This document shows, piece after piece, positions 46,071 to 56,651 of a stretch of 61,128 nucleotides of DNA. Origin of the DNA: a virus (lineage: Duplodnaviria; Caudoviricetes); the IMG/VR virus record IMGVR_UViG_3300025000_000994, positions 1 to 61,128 of that record; one strand, given 5' to 3'. The notes under the pieces were generated by a model. The model saw only the letters and a program-made list of their open reading frames with translations, was not told the DNA's origin and did no database searches. The stretch's first letter is position 1. Every line of letters starts with the position of its first letter. The position numbers were made by a program, and so were the translations under genes.

Positions 46071-46700
46071 CTAACCTTCATCAATAACCTTGTAGTCTAC
46101 TCCCAGTAATGCTTCAAGGTTTTGTATCTCTGTGTCAAGTTGGGCGAGTTCTTGCTGTTTTTGAGGCAATTGGAAATTATTCACCGTAATATTGCCTATT
46201 TCGCCTTGTTTCGCTTGAATATAACCTGGCATATTATTACGAAAGTATAGGTCCATTGCGTTGACATCGGGTGGAAAGTATTGTTCCTCTTTATAATCAA
46301 CTACATCGCCGTCTTTGGTGACTTTCTGCTTATTTAGCACTACTTTAATACCATTAGCACGTTTAAAGCCGGAATTCATTGTGAGACAGTTGCGGGCATC
46401 GTGGGCGCGCACGAATAGTTCCGCAAATTCCTCATACTCACCCTTCCATCTTGATAATGTTTTATAATGTACTCCTATTTGATTGGCAATTGAATAATCG
46501 TTCATCCCCTCAGCTGACCATTGAATTATCTTGTTAAATAATGGTTTGGCCAATTGGGTATACTTTGTCTTTCTCTCTGCCTCGGTATCTTCCCGCCGGT
46601 CTGCATAATCCATACTAATATATTTATCTTGTACTATAATGCTTGTCTCTGCCGCTCCTGTAGGCTCTTTAACCGCCATATCCTTATCCAATATAATCAC
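46071..46700 (-). CDS. terS: Terminase small subunit-like HTH protein
   Basis: GMNDYSIANQIGVHYKTLSRWK and PPDVNA; first gene of the late operon. Confidence 0.7.
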   Translation of the reverse strand: MIILDKDMAVKEPTGAAETSIIVQDKYISMDYADRREDTEAERKTKYTQLAKPLFNKIIQWSAEGMNDYSIANQIGVHYKTLSRWKGEYEEFAELFVRAHDARNCLTMNSGFKRANGIKVVLNKQKVTKDGDVVDYKEEQYFPPDVNAMDLYFRNNMPGYIQAKQGEIGNITVNNFQLPQKQQELAQLDTEIQNLEALLGVDYKVIDEG

Positions 46701-46998
46701 CTACTTTATAACATGCTTTCTACTTTCCAGATAACTTGCCAGAAACATTTCACAGAGCTGCTTTACTGCTGCCTTTTCTTGTGTGCTACCATGTTTCCAT
46801 ATTGCATATAAGTCAATAATATTATTACGAATTGCCATGCTCATATATCTCACATCCCTCTACACAAAAATAGAGTCACCCTCTCGGACAACTCTCACAA
46901 TATTACGGCAAAATAAAAGAACCGCTCATGTGAACGGCTCTTGACTCTTTAAGTATAACACAATACAGTTCCATATTATGTGAGTAAAAAGTGAGTTT

Positions 46999-47223
46999 TT
47001 ATTTATTTTTGGGGTTATCTGGATGAACACAGCGATTATCTTGAAAGAATACACATGAGGTTATATCTCTTGCTTTGCTTAAATCCTCATTTGTAAATAT
47101 CGTGTACTCGTTTACGCTCTTCTTTGTTGTCTTTTTCATAACCGGAATATGTTTCCCATTGCACCAATGCCCCTTATGCCCACACTTATCTTTTATAAAT
47201 GCCTCCATCTGATCATTTAACAT
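46999..47223 (-). CDS. Small Cys/His protein
   Basis: RBS GGGGAA. Confidence 0.45.
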   Translation of the reverse strand: MLNDQMEAFIKDKCGHKGHWCNGKHIPVMKKTTKKSVNEYTIFTNEDLSKARDITSCVFFQDNRCVHPDNPKNK

Positions 47224-47224
47224 T

Positions 47225-47680
47225 CTATTTTCCCCCTTCAAGTAATTTTGTTTGAATTTTTCTTATGACCTTACAATCAATCTGTTTGCAATATTCTTCG
47301 TTTAAATCAACCTCAATTGATATTGATGCCCAACTATATTTGGGTTTCCTCACATCGTTTATCATCGGACTGATAAAGTACCGCATTTCTATGATTGTTC
47401 TCGCTGGCTCCTTAAGGTAAAAATATACTGAGTTGATTGCGTTCACAATACGCATCTTGCCATCTATTTTATTCTCTAAATCCGCCACATAATCAACTCT
47501 GTTTACTACAAGTGATTCTACTGTTGATGTCCCAGAATGGCATATAGGCATGTCTGTTATTACTTTAGGCTTCATTCCATCCATTAGCCTGTATTCTTTT
47601 AGGCTGTCGGATAATGCTTGTATTTCATCTTTAAGCTTATCGTAGCTGTGTAGATGGAATCTGATTTCATTTGTGTTCAT
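47225..47680 (-). CDS. ArpU/RinA-like late transcription activator
   Basis: ITDMP..RTIIEMRYF..SWASISIE; located before terS. Confidence 0.7.
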   Translation of the reverse strand: MNTNEIRFHLHSYDKLKDEIQALSDSLKEYRLMDGMKPKVITDMPICHSGTSTVESLVVNRVDYVADLENKIDGKMRIVNAINSVYFYLKEPARTIIEMRYFISPMINDVRKPKYSWASISIEVDLNEEYCKQIDCKVIRKIQTKLLEGGK

Positions 47681-48031
47681 CCGCTCACCTCACTATATCG
47701 CGTTATACAATCTACCGCTCACCCTTGCTATCCTGTGCGTTTCCACTGCCTGTATATCCTGCTTTTCCTGCCACTCCTGCAATGCTTTGCGCTTGCGCTT
47801 GATATTCTCGCGTATCTCCATCATGCGGAGAAATTTAGCTTTATCCATTTTTATTCCCCCATCATCTTTGCGCCACAATTGGCACAATAATTTGATTTAA
47901 CAACTGTTCCGTGTCTGCAAATACTACACCTGTAAAACCTTCTAGGAGCATATTTCGGCTCGTCAAATTCATCCATGCTTATAAACGCGTGTGCTGTCCA
48001 GCCTTTCCATGTTCCGAATTTATCCATTCCC

Positions 48032-48391
48032 TCACGCTCCTATCTCTTGTATTTCTACCTCAATGTGCGGATTTGCTTTATCTACCTCAAATCTATCCTC
48101 GAATCCTTCTATCTGCTTCCATCCATCATTTTCAAGCACTCCTGCGCTGACAAGCCCATCAAGTATAAATTTCTTTGCAAAACTTATATTGTCAGGGTCT
48201 TTTTTCTCATTCGCGCAGTACCATGTAAATATTATCTTTGCTTTAGTTTTTACAGGTGGTAATCTCCTGGCATACATAAAAGCTATGCCGGTATTTTCTT
48301 TCTTGATGTTTGCCGCTTGAAACTTGTTGCCTCTCTCGGCTTGTATGTATGTATTCAGATCGGTTAATAGGTGTGGTATGTCAAATTTCAT
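48032..48391 (-). CDS. rusA: RusA-like Holliday junction resolvase
   Basis: KDPDNISFAKKFILDGLVSAGVLENDG. Confidence 0.75.
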   Translation of the reverse strand: MKFDIPHLLTDLNTYIQAERGNKFQAANIKKENTGIAFMYARRLPPVKTKAKIIFTWYCANEKKDPDNISFAKKFILDGLVSAGVLENDGWKQIEGFEDRFEVDKANPHIEVEIQEIGA

Positions 48392-48933
48392 TCCCCCACC
48401 ACCTTATCTATTGATTCTATCGCGTATCGCATATTAACTAATATTTTTTGATTGTCTCCGGTATTTCTGCACTTTAAATTGCGTAACCCACTAGATAGCG
48501 CTTCTCTCGCTTGTTTCAACGCCGCCTTATACATCCCATTCTGCGCAAGTAGCTTTGCACATTGTGATTGCTCAAAATCATTCAACCTGGCGCACTTGTC
48601 ACGGAGTGATTTATTCTCCTGCTCAAGCCGCTCTATGTACTGATCTGCTTTGTCCAACGCACTACCGTTATATGTTTTTACTAAATCGCTATTTACAACA
48701 TCGAGAAGCGTTTTTGCCTGTAGTTGCTTGATCATCTTATCTCTATGCACCATCTGCACATTGGCATCTGCAATGTCGGCGCGGAAGATGTCATTCTCTT
48801 GCTGCAAGGCTTCTATTGTGTCAATGCAATCTAACCCCAACCTTGATAATGTAACTGTTAAGGATGATAAATTTGTGTCGTTGTAATTGTCAAAAGTTTT
48901 TCTAGTTTCTTTAACTTCCTTCTCGTTCAACAT
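48388..48933 (-). CDS. Coiled-coil phage protein
   Basis: Partially homologous to 1705-2109. Confidence 0.6.
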   Translation of the reverse strand: MLNEKEVKETRKTFDNYNDTNLSSLTVTLSRLGLDCIDTIEALQQENDIFRADIADANVQMVHRDKMIKQLQAKTLLDVVNSDLVKTYNGSALDKADQYIERLEQENKSLRDKCARLNDFEQSQCAKLLAQNGMYKAALKQAREALSSGLRNLKCRNTGDNQKILVNMRYAIESIDKVVGE

Positions 48934-48944
48934 TCCAATCCCTC

Positions 48945-49154
48945 CTATCCATCTGTTTCTTTTCCTCCTGGTTCCATCGTGCGCCAAAACGTTTCATCCG
49001 GCGGTTCCAATTCCTCTACACTTTCCAGAGGCCACGTAATACCGTTGATCCGGCAGAAATCCATAATACATACCTCTGGCACACTTTTGCGAAAATCCCC
49101 GTACATGCCCAGGTAAATCTCCTTGTACTGTTCAATTGCTTGACGTGCATTCAT
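48945..49154 (-). CDS. Conserved small phage protein
   Basis: Paralogue of 2269-2463. Confidence 0.7.
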   Translation of the reverse strand: MNARQAIEQYKEIYLGMYGDFRKSVPEVCIMDFCRINGITWPLESVEELEPPDETFWRTMEPGGKETDG

Positions 49155-49200
49155 GGCCTCAGCTCTCCTTTCTATGTTTGAACTATCTTGTTATGTTGAA

Positions 49201-50025
49201 CTAACTGATTAAACTTATTTGCTTGCCAACCGGCTCATAATTCATCCATAAAACTTCTTGCCTCTGCTGTCCACCTTCACACCTGGCTTGCCGTTTTTCT
49301 GTATGCCATCCCTCCAGGAGGTTGCTGTACAATTCACTTTCATACCCGGATATCATCACGGGCCCCGGATGTTTCTGCAGGAGCTCGAGTAATTGAGTGT
49401 GATCTTGATCTGTCATTTCATGAGCATAAATGCGGCCGCTGCGGGTACTTCTCACATACGGAGGATCCGCATATATGAAAACGTATGACCTTGCATATCT
49501 CTCTAAGAGTTGAGTAGCTGCCTGGTTTTCTATGTTTACTTGATGGCTTGGTACATGCTTAAATCTTTTGGATGTTTCTATAAGCCTTGCCGGTAACTTT
49601 GTAGCCCATTGGTCTACATTGCCGTTTAGATCCTGAATATTATTTCTCCATCCAGTTATATCACTTGTTTTGGATCCTATTGCCTGCCACATTCTTACGA
49701 GAAATCTTCTGGCATCCTCGAGGCTTTCACCGATCATTTCATAGCTGCTTTTATATTCCTGCCTGCTCCATGGTGTGAACTCGATCATGCGAGCCAGTTC
49801 TTCAGGGCAATCCCTAATTACTTTAAACAGGTTTACTACATTGCCATCCAAGTCATTGATTGTTTCTATAACCGACCGCTTTTTATTAAAAAATATAGCC
49901 CCGGATCCAAAGAAGGGTTCAAGATAAGTCATTTTCTCGTAGCCTTCCGGAAAGTATGAAATAATCCATTCTGCTGTACTCCATTTACTACCCGGATATT
50001 TTAACACTGTTTTTATATCACTCAC
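49201..50025 (-). CDS. Dam-like N6-adenine DNA methyltransferase
   Basis: KYPGSK, EPFFGSG, INDLD and ADPPY. Confidence 0.9.
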   Translation of the reverse strand: MSDIKTVLKYPGSKWSTAEWIISYFPEGYEKMTYLEPFFGSGAIFFNKKRSVIETINDLDGNVVNLFKVIRDCPEELARMIEFTPWSRQEYKSSYEMIGESLEDARRFLVRMWQAIGSKTSDITGWRNNIQDLNGNVDQWATKLPARLIETSKRFKHVPSHQVNIENQAATQLLERYARSYVFIYADPPYVRSTRSGRIYAHEMTDQDHTQLLELLQKHPGPVMISGYESELYSNLLEGWHTEKRQARCEGGQQRQEVLWMNYEPVGKQISLIS

Positions 50026-50444
50026 CCCACTACCACCTTCATAGTCAGCAGATCAGCCAGCGTAACCATTTCAATCCTGCCGTGCCGATTCTTTATTAGT
50101 AATTTATTAGGATACTTTGTTTCAACTTCTCCGGACACACGCTGTGTTTTTCTACCCTCATACCGAGTCAAGGTTATTTTGTTACCCTTTTGCAGCTTTT
50201 CAATCTGTTGTTTTGCCCGGTTTATATTGGTTGCAAGGCTTATCAACTTTTTATCTTCACACATGATTTTGTTATTAAGCTTTATATCCTCGCTTTCATC
50301 TGGTTCAACTATTCCACGCTTTTCATTGGAATAATGCTGTATTGTACTTTTACCGCAATTGTATAACTCACCTATTTGCACATATGTCATACCAGCCTTG
50401 CGATGGACGGATATTTCTTTTATTTGTTCAGTTGTAAGTTTCAT
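50022..50444 (-). CDS. HTH domain phage protein
   Basis: Near-identical to 3949-4371. Confidence 0.7.
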   Translation of the reverse strand: MKLTTEQIKEISVHRKAGMTYVQIGELYNCGKSTIQHYSNEKRGIVEPDESEDIKLNNKIMCEDKKLISLATNINRAKQQIEKLQKGNKITLTRYEGRKTQRVSGEVETKYPNKLLIKNRHGRIEMVTLADLLTMKVVVG

Positions 50445-51313
50445 GCCACACCTCCAAAATACCTTATTGCCTGTTGCCCTATCCATCGTCCCATATCTAC
50501 CGCAACCGCATTCCCGACCTGCTTGTATATATCCCGGTCTGATCCTGCAAACTTGAAGCTATCCAGGAAGCCTTGTAATCTTGCGTACTCTCTTGGTGTG
50601 TATGGCCTAATTCTGCTACCGTCTTTTACCAACCTTGTACTTACATCCTTAGAGTAATGAGCTACACAGCATGGGGCTATATCTCCTGCATCTGGATCTG
50701 ATATGATGGGCTTGTCCCGGTATGCACCATTCAAGCGGCTGTAAACATAATCCGGTATGTCAATGTCCGGGTCCTTCTCGAGAATGTCTTTTAGCCTTAA
50801 TGGTTGTGTGAATACTGCATATTGTAAGTTATTAAATGGCTTCCGCGTACCGAATACTATTAACCTTTTGCGCTCTTGCGGAAGCCATTCCCGGGCATTT
50901 ACCGGGCATTCCACACGAACGTAATAATCAGGTAGCTTTGTCATTGCTTCCATAACAACCGGGAATTTTCGCATCCCAGGAACATTTTCAACTATGTACA
51001 TTTCTGGCTGTTCAAGCGCTATGTGTCGCAGTGAATGCAGGAATAATTCATCACCTGTACGGGTCCCGTGAATATCTGCAACTGGTGAATACTTAGTGCA
51101 CGGATATGTAAAAACCATAATATCTGACTTTGGCTGATCCAGTACAGTTTTCTTGGTTATGTCTGTTTCAAGGACTTCATGTGTAAAATTCATCCTAAGT
51201 GTTTCACAACAAATCCGGTCTATCTCATACGATTGAATTATTTGTATTCCGGCATCCGACAGGCCGTAGTCCATACCGCCAGCCCCGGAAAAATAACTTT
51301 TAGCTGTAATCAT
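50441..51313 (-). CDS. C5 cytosine DNA methyltransferase
   Basis: SYFSGAGG, YPC, ENV, QERKR and GNAV. Confidence 0.9.
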   Translation of the reverse strand: MITAKSYFSGAGGMDYGLSDAGIQIIQSYEIDRICCETLRMNFTHEVLETDITKKTVLDQPKSDIMVFTYPCTKYSPVADIHGTRTGDELFLHSLRHIALEQPEMYIVENVPGMRKFPVVMEAMTKLPDYYVRVECPVNAREWLPQERKRLIVFGTRKPFNNLQYAVFTQPLRLKDILEKDPDIDIPDYVYSRLNGAYRDKPIISDPDAGDIAPCCVAHYSKDVSTRLVKDGSRIRPYTPREYARLQGFLDSFKFAGSDRDIYKQVGNAVAVDMGRWIGQQAIRYFGGVA

Positions 51314-51332
51314 TAGTCTAATTCCTGCCCCC

Positions 51333-52133
51333 TCACACATCTTTATAAAGTTTATTAAAGTATTCATCTGGGTACTGTCTCTGTTCAAAGTTTCCCGCCT
51401 GTGGCATTTTAGATTGCTGAATTTGTTTTGGTCGGTCTTTTTGGAGTAGCAACGTATCAAACTTTTCCCGGAGTTTTCCGGCTGACAATATAACTGCTTT
51501 CCAAAATGTGTCCTTCTGGCTAAATTCCATCACTGCGAATATTTGTTCGTCAGTCCGCTTGTCCAACCTTTTCATTTTGTCAAATTCAGATTGCCACTTT
51601 GTCAAATCCGTTGGCGTTTTTGCTCCGGAGTTATTTTGCAGGATAAGAAATTTTAATCTGTCAGCCATCTGAATTATTTCAGATGAATATATATCTTTTA
51701 ATTCTTTTAGTTCTTTATATTTATTGTTTGGCGTTTTCTGTGCGTTGAGTGTGCGTTTTCTGTGCGTTTTCTGTGCGTTGGGGATTCCTTCTGGTTCAGT
51801 ATTATCAGCGCTTTGATACACGCAATAATTTGTTACCTCATATAACGTGTAATGACGACTTGACAAGATGGTTATCATTTTTTCTTTAACCAACAGTTTA
51901 ATAAATTGTCTTACTGATGATTCAGACCATCCCCACATCTCAGCTAATTTATAATTACTTGAAATAAACTGGCCTCGCAACACCCATGTACAGTCACCAT
52001 ATCCAATTACTTTTTTACAAACATGATTACACCGGAACATCATATCTGTAAAAGCTTGACCTTTTGAAAATGGCTTGTCGTTCCAGATTGGGTTTTCTTG
52101 TAGCTTCCGGTATAACTTGATGTATCCGTCAAT
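51333..52133 (-). CDS. Phage replication initiator, probable ATT start codon
   Basis: ATT-GAC-GGA-TAC (IDGYIKLYR) aligns with MDGWIKLYR of the prophage A initiator; C-terminus highly similar. Confidence 0.75.
   Translation of the reverse strand: MDGYIKLYRKLQENPIWNDKPFSKGQAFTDMMFRCNHVCKKVIGYGDCTWVLRGQFISSNYKLAEMWGWSESSVRQFIKLLVKEKMITILSSRHYTLYEVTNYCVYQSADNTEPEGIPNAQKTHRKRTLNAQKTPNNKYKELKELKDIYSSEIIQMADRLKFLILQNNSGAKTPTDLTKWQSEFDKMKRLDKRTDEQIFAVMEFSQKDTFWKAVILSAGKLREKFDTLLLQKDRPKQIQQSKMPQAGNFEQRQYPDEYFNKLYKDV
51729..51780. repeat. Iterons, probable origin of prophage B
   Basis: GCGTTTTCTGT three times plus TGTGCGTT repeats next to an AT-rich tract. Confidence 0.7.
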
Positions 52134-52183
52134 TTGTAATCACCCCCTAAGAGGGGCTATGCACCCCTCATGTATCAATTTCC

Positions 52184-52588
52184 TTAAAATGGAAGTTCGT
52201 CATCCTCTAATAGTGTCGTATTATACTCACCGTCATTGCTCTGGCTTAATGGTTTATCTGCGCTTCCGGATTCAGATTTCTTCCCGTTGCAAAAAGTAAA
52301 ATCGTTTACAACAATCTCGGTAATAGTATGTTTTTTGCCTTCTTTGTCCGTCCATTCTCTTGTTGCAAGCCTCCCAGATATTCCAATCAGATCACCCTTG
52401 CCAAAAAACTTTGTAATGTTCTCCGCTGTCTTTGTCCATGCCTGACAGTTAAAGAAGAAAGTTTTCTTCTTGTCGCCAAACCCATCATCAACGGCTATTG
52501 AAAAACTGCATACCGCTGTGTTGTTGGCTGGCAAGTATCGTAATTCAATGTCCTTTGTGATGCGGCCTATAATATTAACACTGTTCAT
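52184..52588 (-). CDS. ssb: Single-stranded DNA-binding protein
   Basis: MNSVNIIGRITKD; acidic tail DDELPF. Confidence 0.92.
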   Translation of the reverse strand: MNSVNIIGRITKDIELRYLPANNTAVCSFSIAVDDGFGDKKKTFFFNCQAWTKTAENITKFFGKGDLIGISGRLATREWTDKEGKKHTITEIVVNDFTFCNGKKSESGSADKPLSQSNDGEYNTTLLEDDELPF

Positions 52589-52592
52589 GTTC

Positions 52593-53045
52593 TCAATCCC
52601 CTTTCCGCTTTTTATATAACTCCCTAAACTGTCCCAATATAAAATCCGCAGCCTTGTCCTTCTCTACAAACTTCAATTCAAGTTGAAACTTATGGCACCA
52701 GGTTGCAAGGAAACTTTTCAAATCGTTTGGCATCATTCTGCTACGGTACTGGTGGGCTTCTAGCTGCTCCATTGAAGCCTCAACCATTAATATGACCTTG
52801 CAACCTTTTGACCGCTCAAATTCCCGTTTAAAGCGTTCACGGCCTTTTGTAAAATTGCCGATTATTTCATCCAGTGAACCTTTGCGCTCGACAACAATTT
52901 CATTTTCATAGCTTTTGCCATCAACCTCAAAACTGTAATCTCCATAGTTTAATTTTCGCCGGACATATGGAATTTTGAGCGCATCGAGTTTTCTTAAAAT
53001 ATGTAAATCTTGCTCTCTGGTATCGACAATAATTGTGCCTTTCAT
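52593..53045 (-). CDS. ERCC4/XPF-family nuclease
   Basis: VDTRE..GDY..VERK. Confidence 0.85.
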   Translation of the reverse strand: MKGTIIVDTREQDLHILRKLDALKIPYVRRKLNYGDYSFEVDGKSYENEIVVERKGSLDEIIGNFTKGRERFKREFERSKGCKVILMVEASMEQLEAHQYRSRMMPNDLKSFLATWCHKFQLELKFVEKDKAADFILGQFRELYKKRKGD

Positions 53046-53046
53046 A

Positions 53047-53805
53047 TCAGCCGCAAAGCTCCAAATATTCAACCGGCTTGGTTAAGATCTTGGTTGACTT
53101 GCAATAGTCACACCTTCCGCACCGAGTAGGCACGATCAAGCCCTTTTTGATATCTGCAAATCTTGGAGCGTATTGTATAACCATATCAAGACAATAATCA
53201 AGTCTGGATTGTGGGATACTGATTATTTCTAAATCCGGTTCGGGCTTTTGTTTTGTGGCCCCAGCAATGAAGAATGGTAGGTTATTGTCCTCTATGAATT
53301 GATATATAGCAGCTTGAATGTCGTAGCCCCACGCCTCAACAAAAGAGAGTTTTAATCCATCTTTCCATATACCGTCGAAATCTTTCATTATCTTCAAATC
53401 AACAATCTTATCGCGCGGATGGTAACTGTCTATTTTGATTTTGAACGGGATGCCCATAATTTCACCAGTTTTAATAACTTGCTTCTCGCCAGACATATAT
53501 TGCTGAAACAGTTCATCACGTTCAAGCCGGGCAATTATGTACTCAGCATGTTTGTAGTCTGATTTAAGCTCACCCTTTTGCGTAAATATTTCTGGATTTT
53601 GTGCTTTGAATAAATCAAGTGTTTTTTCATAGTGCGCGTCAACATAAGATCCAACTAGCAAACTGACCGATTTTTCACGGGCATATTCACCTTTTATCTC
53701 CGCCAATGCAGCGGCTTCACATTCCATAAATGATTTGAATTGACTGCACCCCATGTATTTCATGTTCATTTCAGTAGAAAAATAGTTTTCAGCAGTAAGC
53801 ATCAT
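53047..53805 (-). CDS. PD-(D/E)XK exonuclease (DUF3799/RecE-like)
   Basis: KIKIDS..IVDLK..YDIQAAIY and CGRCDYC. Confidence 0.8.
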   Translation of the reverse strand: MMLTAENYFSTEMNMKYMGCSQFKSFMECEAAALAEIKGEYAREKSVSLLVGSYVDAHYEKTLDLFKAQNPEIFTQKGELKSDYKHAEYIIARLERDELFQQYMSGEKQVIKTGEIMGIPFKIKIDSYHPRDKIVDLKIMKDFDGIWKDGLKLSFVEAWGYDIQAAIYQFIEDNNLPFFIAGATKQKPEPDLEIISIPQSRLDYCLDMVIQYAPRFADIKKGLIVPTRCGRCDYCKSTKILTKPVEYLELCG

Positions 53806-54314
53806 TGTACGTTTTCCCCCTTCGACAATTCTTTTCGTATCCCAGCACATTCAACACATAATGGCAAGCCGTACTTTGTTAAATTGCGCTGTGCAACCTG
53901 TTCGGCTGTCATAGTTTCAAATCCGGTAATTTCTTTTTTGCAATCACCGCAAATTGTTGATATTTTTTTGTCGCTTGGAACCTTTGCTTTGATTCTTAAG
54001 GCATCCACAACCTCACCAAACGCCTTAATTCTATCAGTGTATAATTCAATCTTGCGTCCAGCCCATTCTTCAATGTATGGTGTGTTATAAAGCTTCTCAA
54101 TGGTCTTGGCGTTAGTAGAATTGACTATCATAGGCTTTGTTCCCGGAGGTTCAGAAAAAGTCATTACCATACATTCCTCTTTTTTGCCATCCGGACCGGT
54201 TACATTTTCATTCTTAACCGTTTTAATTGTGACGATCAATGTTTTGCCAGGTTCTAGTGCATATGCCCCGATATAATCGGGGTTATGCAGCTTCTTCCAA
54301 TGCGTCTGACTCAT
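53802..54314 (-). CDS. Recombination-module protein (possible ssDNA binding/annealing) with C-terminal Zn ribbon
   Basis: HWKK..NSTNAKTI..EEWAGRKIEL; between the SMC-like ATPase and the exonuclease. Confidence 0.55.
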   Translation of the reverse strand: MSQTHWKKLHNPDYIGAYALEPGKTLIVTIKTVKNENVTGPDGKKEECMVMTFSEPPGTKPMIVNSTNAKTIEKLYNTPYIEEWAGRKIELYTDRIKAFGEVVDALRIKAKVPSDKKISTICGDCKKEITGFETMTAEQVAQRNLTKYGLPLCVECAGIRKELSKGENVQ

Positions 54315-55741
54315 AATTGTGTAATCTCCAATTCATTGTTATTTGTAGTTCTGGTTGCAATAAACTGTAGCCCTTTCTCTTTGCACTTCTTGTACAGATT
54401 TGCCCGGCTGACTTCGTCCAGCTTTTCAGTTCCATCCAGCAAAATTATGCTCCATCCGGAAGGTTTGCTGATTGTAATATCTACGCACAAATCAAGCTTT
54501 TCGCCATCGGACAAGTTAGATACTGGCAGACCGTTAATGAGCGGAATACCATCTTTCACGGTCAACCCTTCAACCGGAATTGTAGCGACTTTAAGAATTT
54601 CGCCCGGTAACTCTCTGGCAAGCTCAATCTTTGCGGTCAGCGCTTCTGAATCAGCTTTGAGTTGTTCAAGTTCAGATTGCATAGTAACCATTCGCTGATA
54701 CTCGTTAAGATGTTTCTTCATGGCTTCAGCTGTGTTGATCTCTTCGTTCAGTTCAGCTACATCAGTCTGTGGTTTGTCGGCATATTTATTGGTGATCTGA
54801 ATATCTCCGTCTAGTTTTGCAACTTTTGTTTCATACTCAGATATGGCAAGTTTCTTCTTGTCCTCCAGTTTACTTGCCAACCCTTTAAGCTTGTCCTCTG
54901 CTGCAATAATTTCAGCTCTCATTCGTTCAATACTCTTGGTTAAGTTTTCTCTTTCAGATGCAATGGCTTTTTCCTCTGCCGATATGGCGATTTCTTTTTC
55001 AGCTTCATAGCCACGAATTTTATTGTTGTAGCTTTCTTTGAATACGATTGCCCGCTGGATTTCATTGTTTTGGTTCTTAATGGTTTCAAGCTGTCTATAC
55101 TTTGTGCCGAGATCATAAGCGTTCCATTTGGAATAGTCATAATCTTTCGGGATATCCTTTGCAATGTCATAGATGAAAGCTTGTTTGTTTCGTGCGTCCC
55201 GGTTCAAGTCCTGCCGAGTTTGAAAGTATACGCCGTTTTCAGCTTGAATATCAGCCAACACTTTCAAGATGTTCTGATCATAATTTACACCGGAAGGGAT
55301 CTCACCAAACTTTTCTTTTATCCAGTTCAGATCCCACTTGAAATCAATCAGGTCAAGGATGATTCTGTTCTGTTCCTGCCTATCCTTCTGGGTAAATTCA
55401 ACCGGGTTCAGGCTGAGTGGAGTAAATATCTCCTGGAGAAAACTTTCCGGCTTCGGAACGTCATGACCGTTTTCCTTGATACTCTTGTAATCAGATTGGC
55501 TCGAACGTTTCTTCCGGGTTATAGACAAGCCTGTGTCAGTTTCAATGATTATTTCTCCTTCGTTCTCTCCGTCTTTAATTATGTAATCGCGATCAGATTT
55601 GTTTGTCAGAGCATACCGTATTGCATCGATTACGCTTGTTTTGCCTGCTCCCTTTACTCCGGTTAGTTCAACACTTTTCCCATCCAGCGTTAGCTCTTTG
55701 ATGCCGAATAGATTTTTGATGATAATTTTGCTAGTTTTCAT
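54311..55741 (-). CDS. SMC-like ABC ATPase
   Basis: GVKGAGKT, LSDGE and ILLDG. Confidence 0.8.
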   Translation of the reverse strand: MKTSKIIIKNLFGIKELTLDGKSVELTGVKGAGKTSVIDAIRYALTNKSDRDYIIKDGENEGEIIIETDTGLSITRKKRSSQSDYKSIKENGHDVPKPESFLQEIFTPLSLNPVEFTQKDRQEQNRIILDLIDFKWDLNWIKEKFGEIPSGVNYDQNILKVLADIQAENGVYFQTRQDLNRDARNKQAFIYDIAKDIPKDYDYSKWNAYDLGTKYRQLETIKNQNNEIQRAIVFKESYNNKIRGYEAEKEIAISAEEKAIASERENLTKSIERMRAEIIAAEDKLKGLASKLEDKKKLAISEYETKVAKLDGDIQITNKYADKPQTDVAELNEEINTAEAMKKHLNEYQRMVTMQSELEQLKADSEALTAKIELARELPGEILKVATIPVEGLTVKDGIPLINGLPVSNLSDGEKLDLCVDITISKPSGWSIILLDGTEKLDEVSRANLYKKCKEKGLQFIATRTTNNNELEITQL

Positions 55742-56027
55742 TTACTTCTCGACCTCCCTATTTATTTGTTCCTGTAATTCCTCAATGCGGTTATATGCTT
55801 CATCCAACTGTTCCTCTAATATTTCAACCGCCTTACCATATTTTTTTACCATATTACCTATGTCGCTTAAATCAACATTACTTGGGAAATGGTCTGTGTC
55901 TATTGTGGTTCTCACCTTCTCACCTCCATTGCATATTTATACATTTACCGCATATTTGCGTTTCTGCTTGACCTGTGCTATACTCTGCTTAGTTGTTTAC
56001 CTTTGCCGCTTGTGTGAGCGGCTTTTT

Positions 56028-56639
56028 CTATGCCTTGATAAACCACTCGCCTTCAAACAACGCTTCAATATCAAGCACCCATCCATTGTCTGATACCAAC
56101 ATTGACCTTCCAGCCTTAAAGGTGTGCGTGATTGTTTCTCCCTGTTTATCTTTGAACCTGTATTCAATTTCCTTGCCTTTATACTTTGCCTCCACCGCCT
56201 CCATGAAGCTGACAGGCTGGGGTACAAGTTCCCAATCATCTGATAGCATGACGCTTTCGCCATCTGTCTGCTTAAGATATTTGCCTGTGATTTTGCCAGC
56301 ACGGATTTTATCTCCTAGCATTGTCCTTACTCCGTCAGACGGACGGACAAATGTAATTTCCGGATTCTCCGTCAGCGCCTTTACTACTTCCCATGTTTTC
56401 AATTTACCTTCCTCCTTCGCTAATTCCTCAAACATTTCATCCGTCCAGTTCATACCACTACCGTCTATTATGTATTTGCCAGCTCCAGTGATTCTTTTAA
56501 TAACAACATTTTTACCTATAAACTCTACCATTGAGTGTATAAAACTGTCGTGCTCGTGCTCCTGTGTTTTGTTGTAGTACGTTCTGCCAACCTCCAGATC
56601 ACTTCTTACCTTCACCTTATCCCCAACTTTGTACTTCAT
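56028..56639 (-). CDS. Phage protein with SH3-like N-terminus
   Basis: MKYKVGDKVKVRSDL..WTDEMFE. Confidence 0.65.
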   Translation of the reverse strand: MKYKVGDKVKVRSDLEVGRTYYNKTQEHEHDSFIHSMVEFIGKNVVIKRITGAGKYIIDGSGMNWTDEMFEELAKEEGKLKTWEVVKALTENPEITFVRPSDGVRTMLGDKIRAGKITGKYLKQTDGESVMLSDDWELVPQPVSFMEAVEAKYKGKEIEYRFKDKQGETITHTFKAGRSMLVSDNGWVLDIEALFEGEWFIKA

Positions 56640-56651
56640 TTCCCTCTCCCT

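Noticed and set aside
49174-49201. Canonical chromosomal dif site
   Set aside because: One arm resembles the XerD arm, but the arm spacing is 2 bp shorter and there are many degenerate copies; kept only as a member of the cassette-site family
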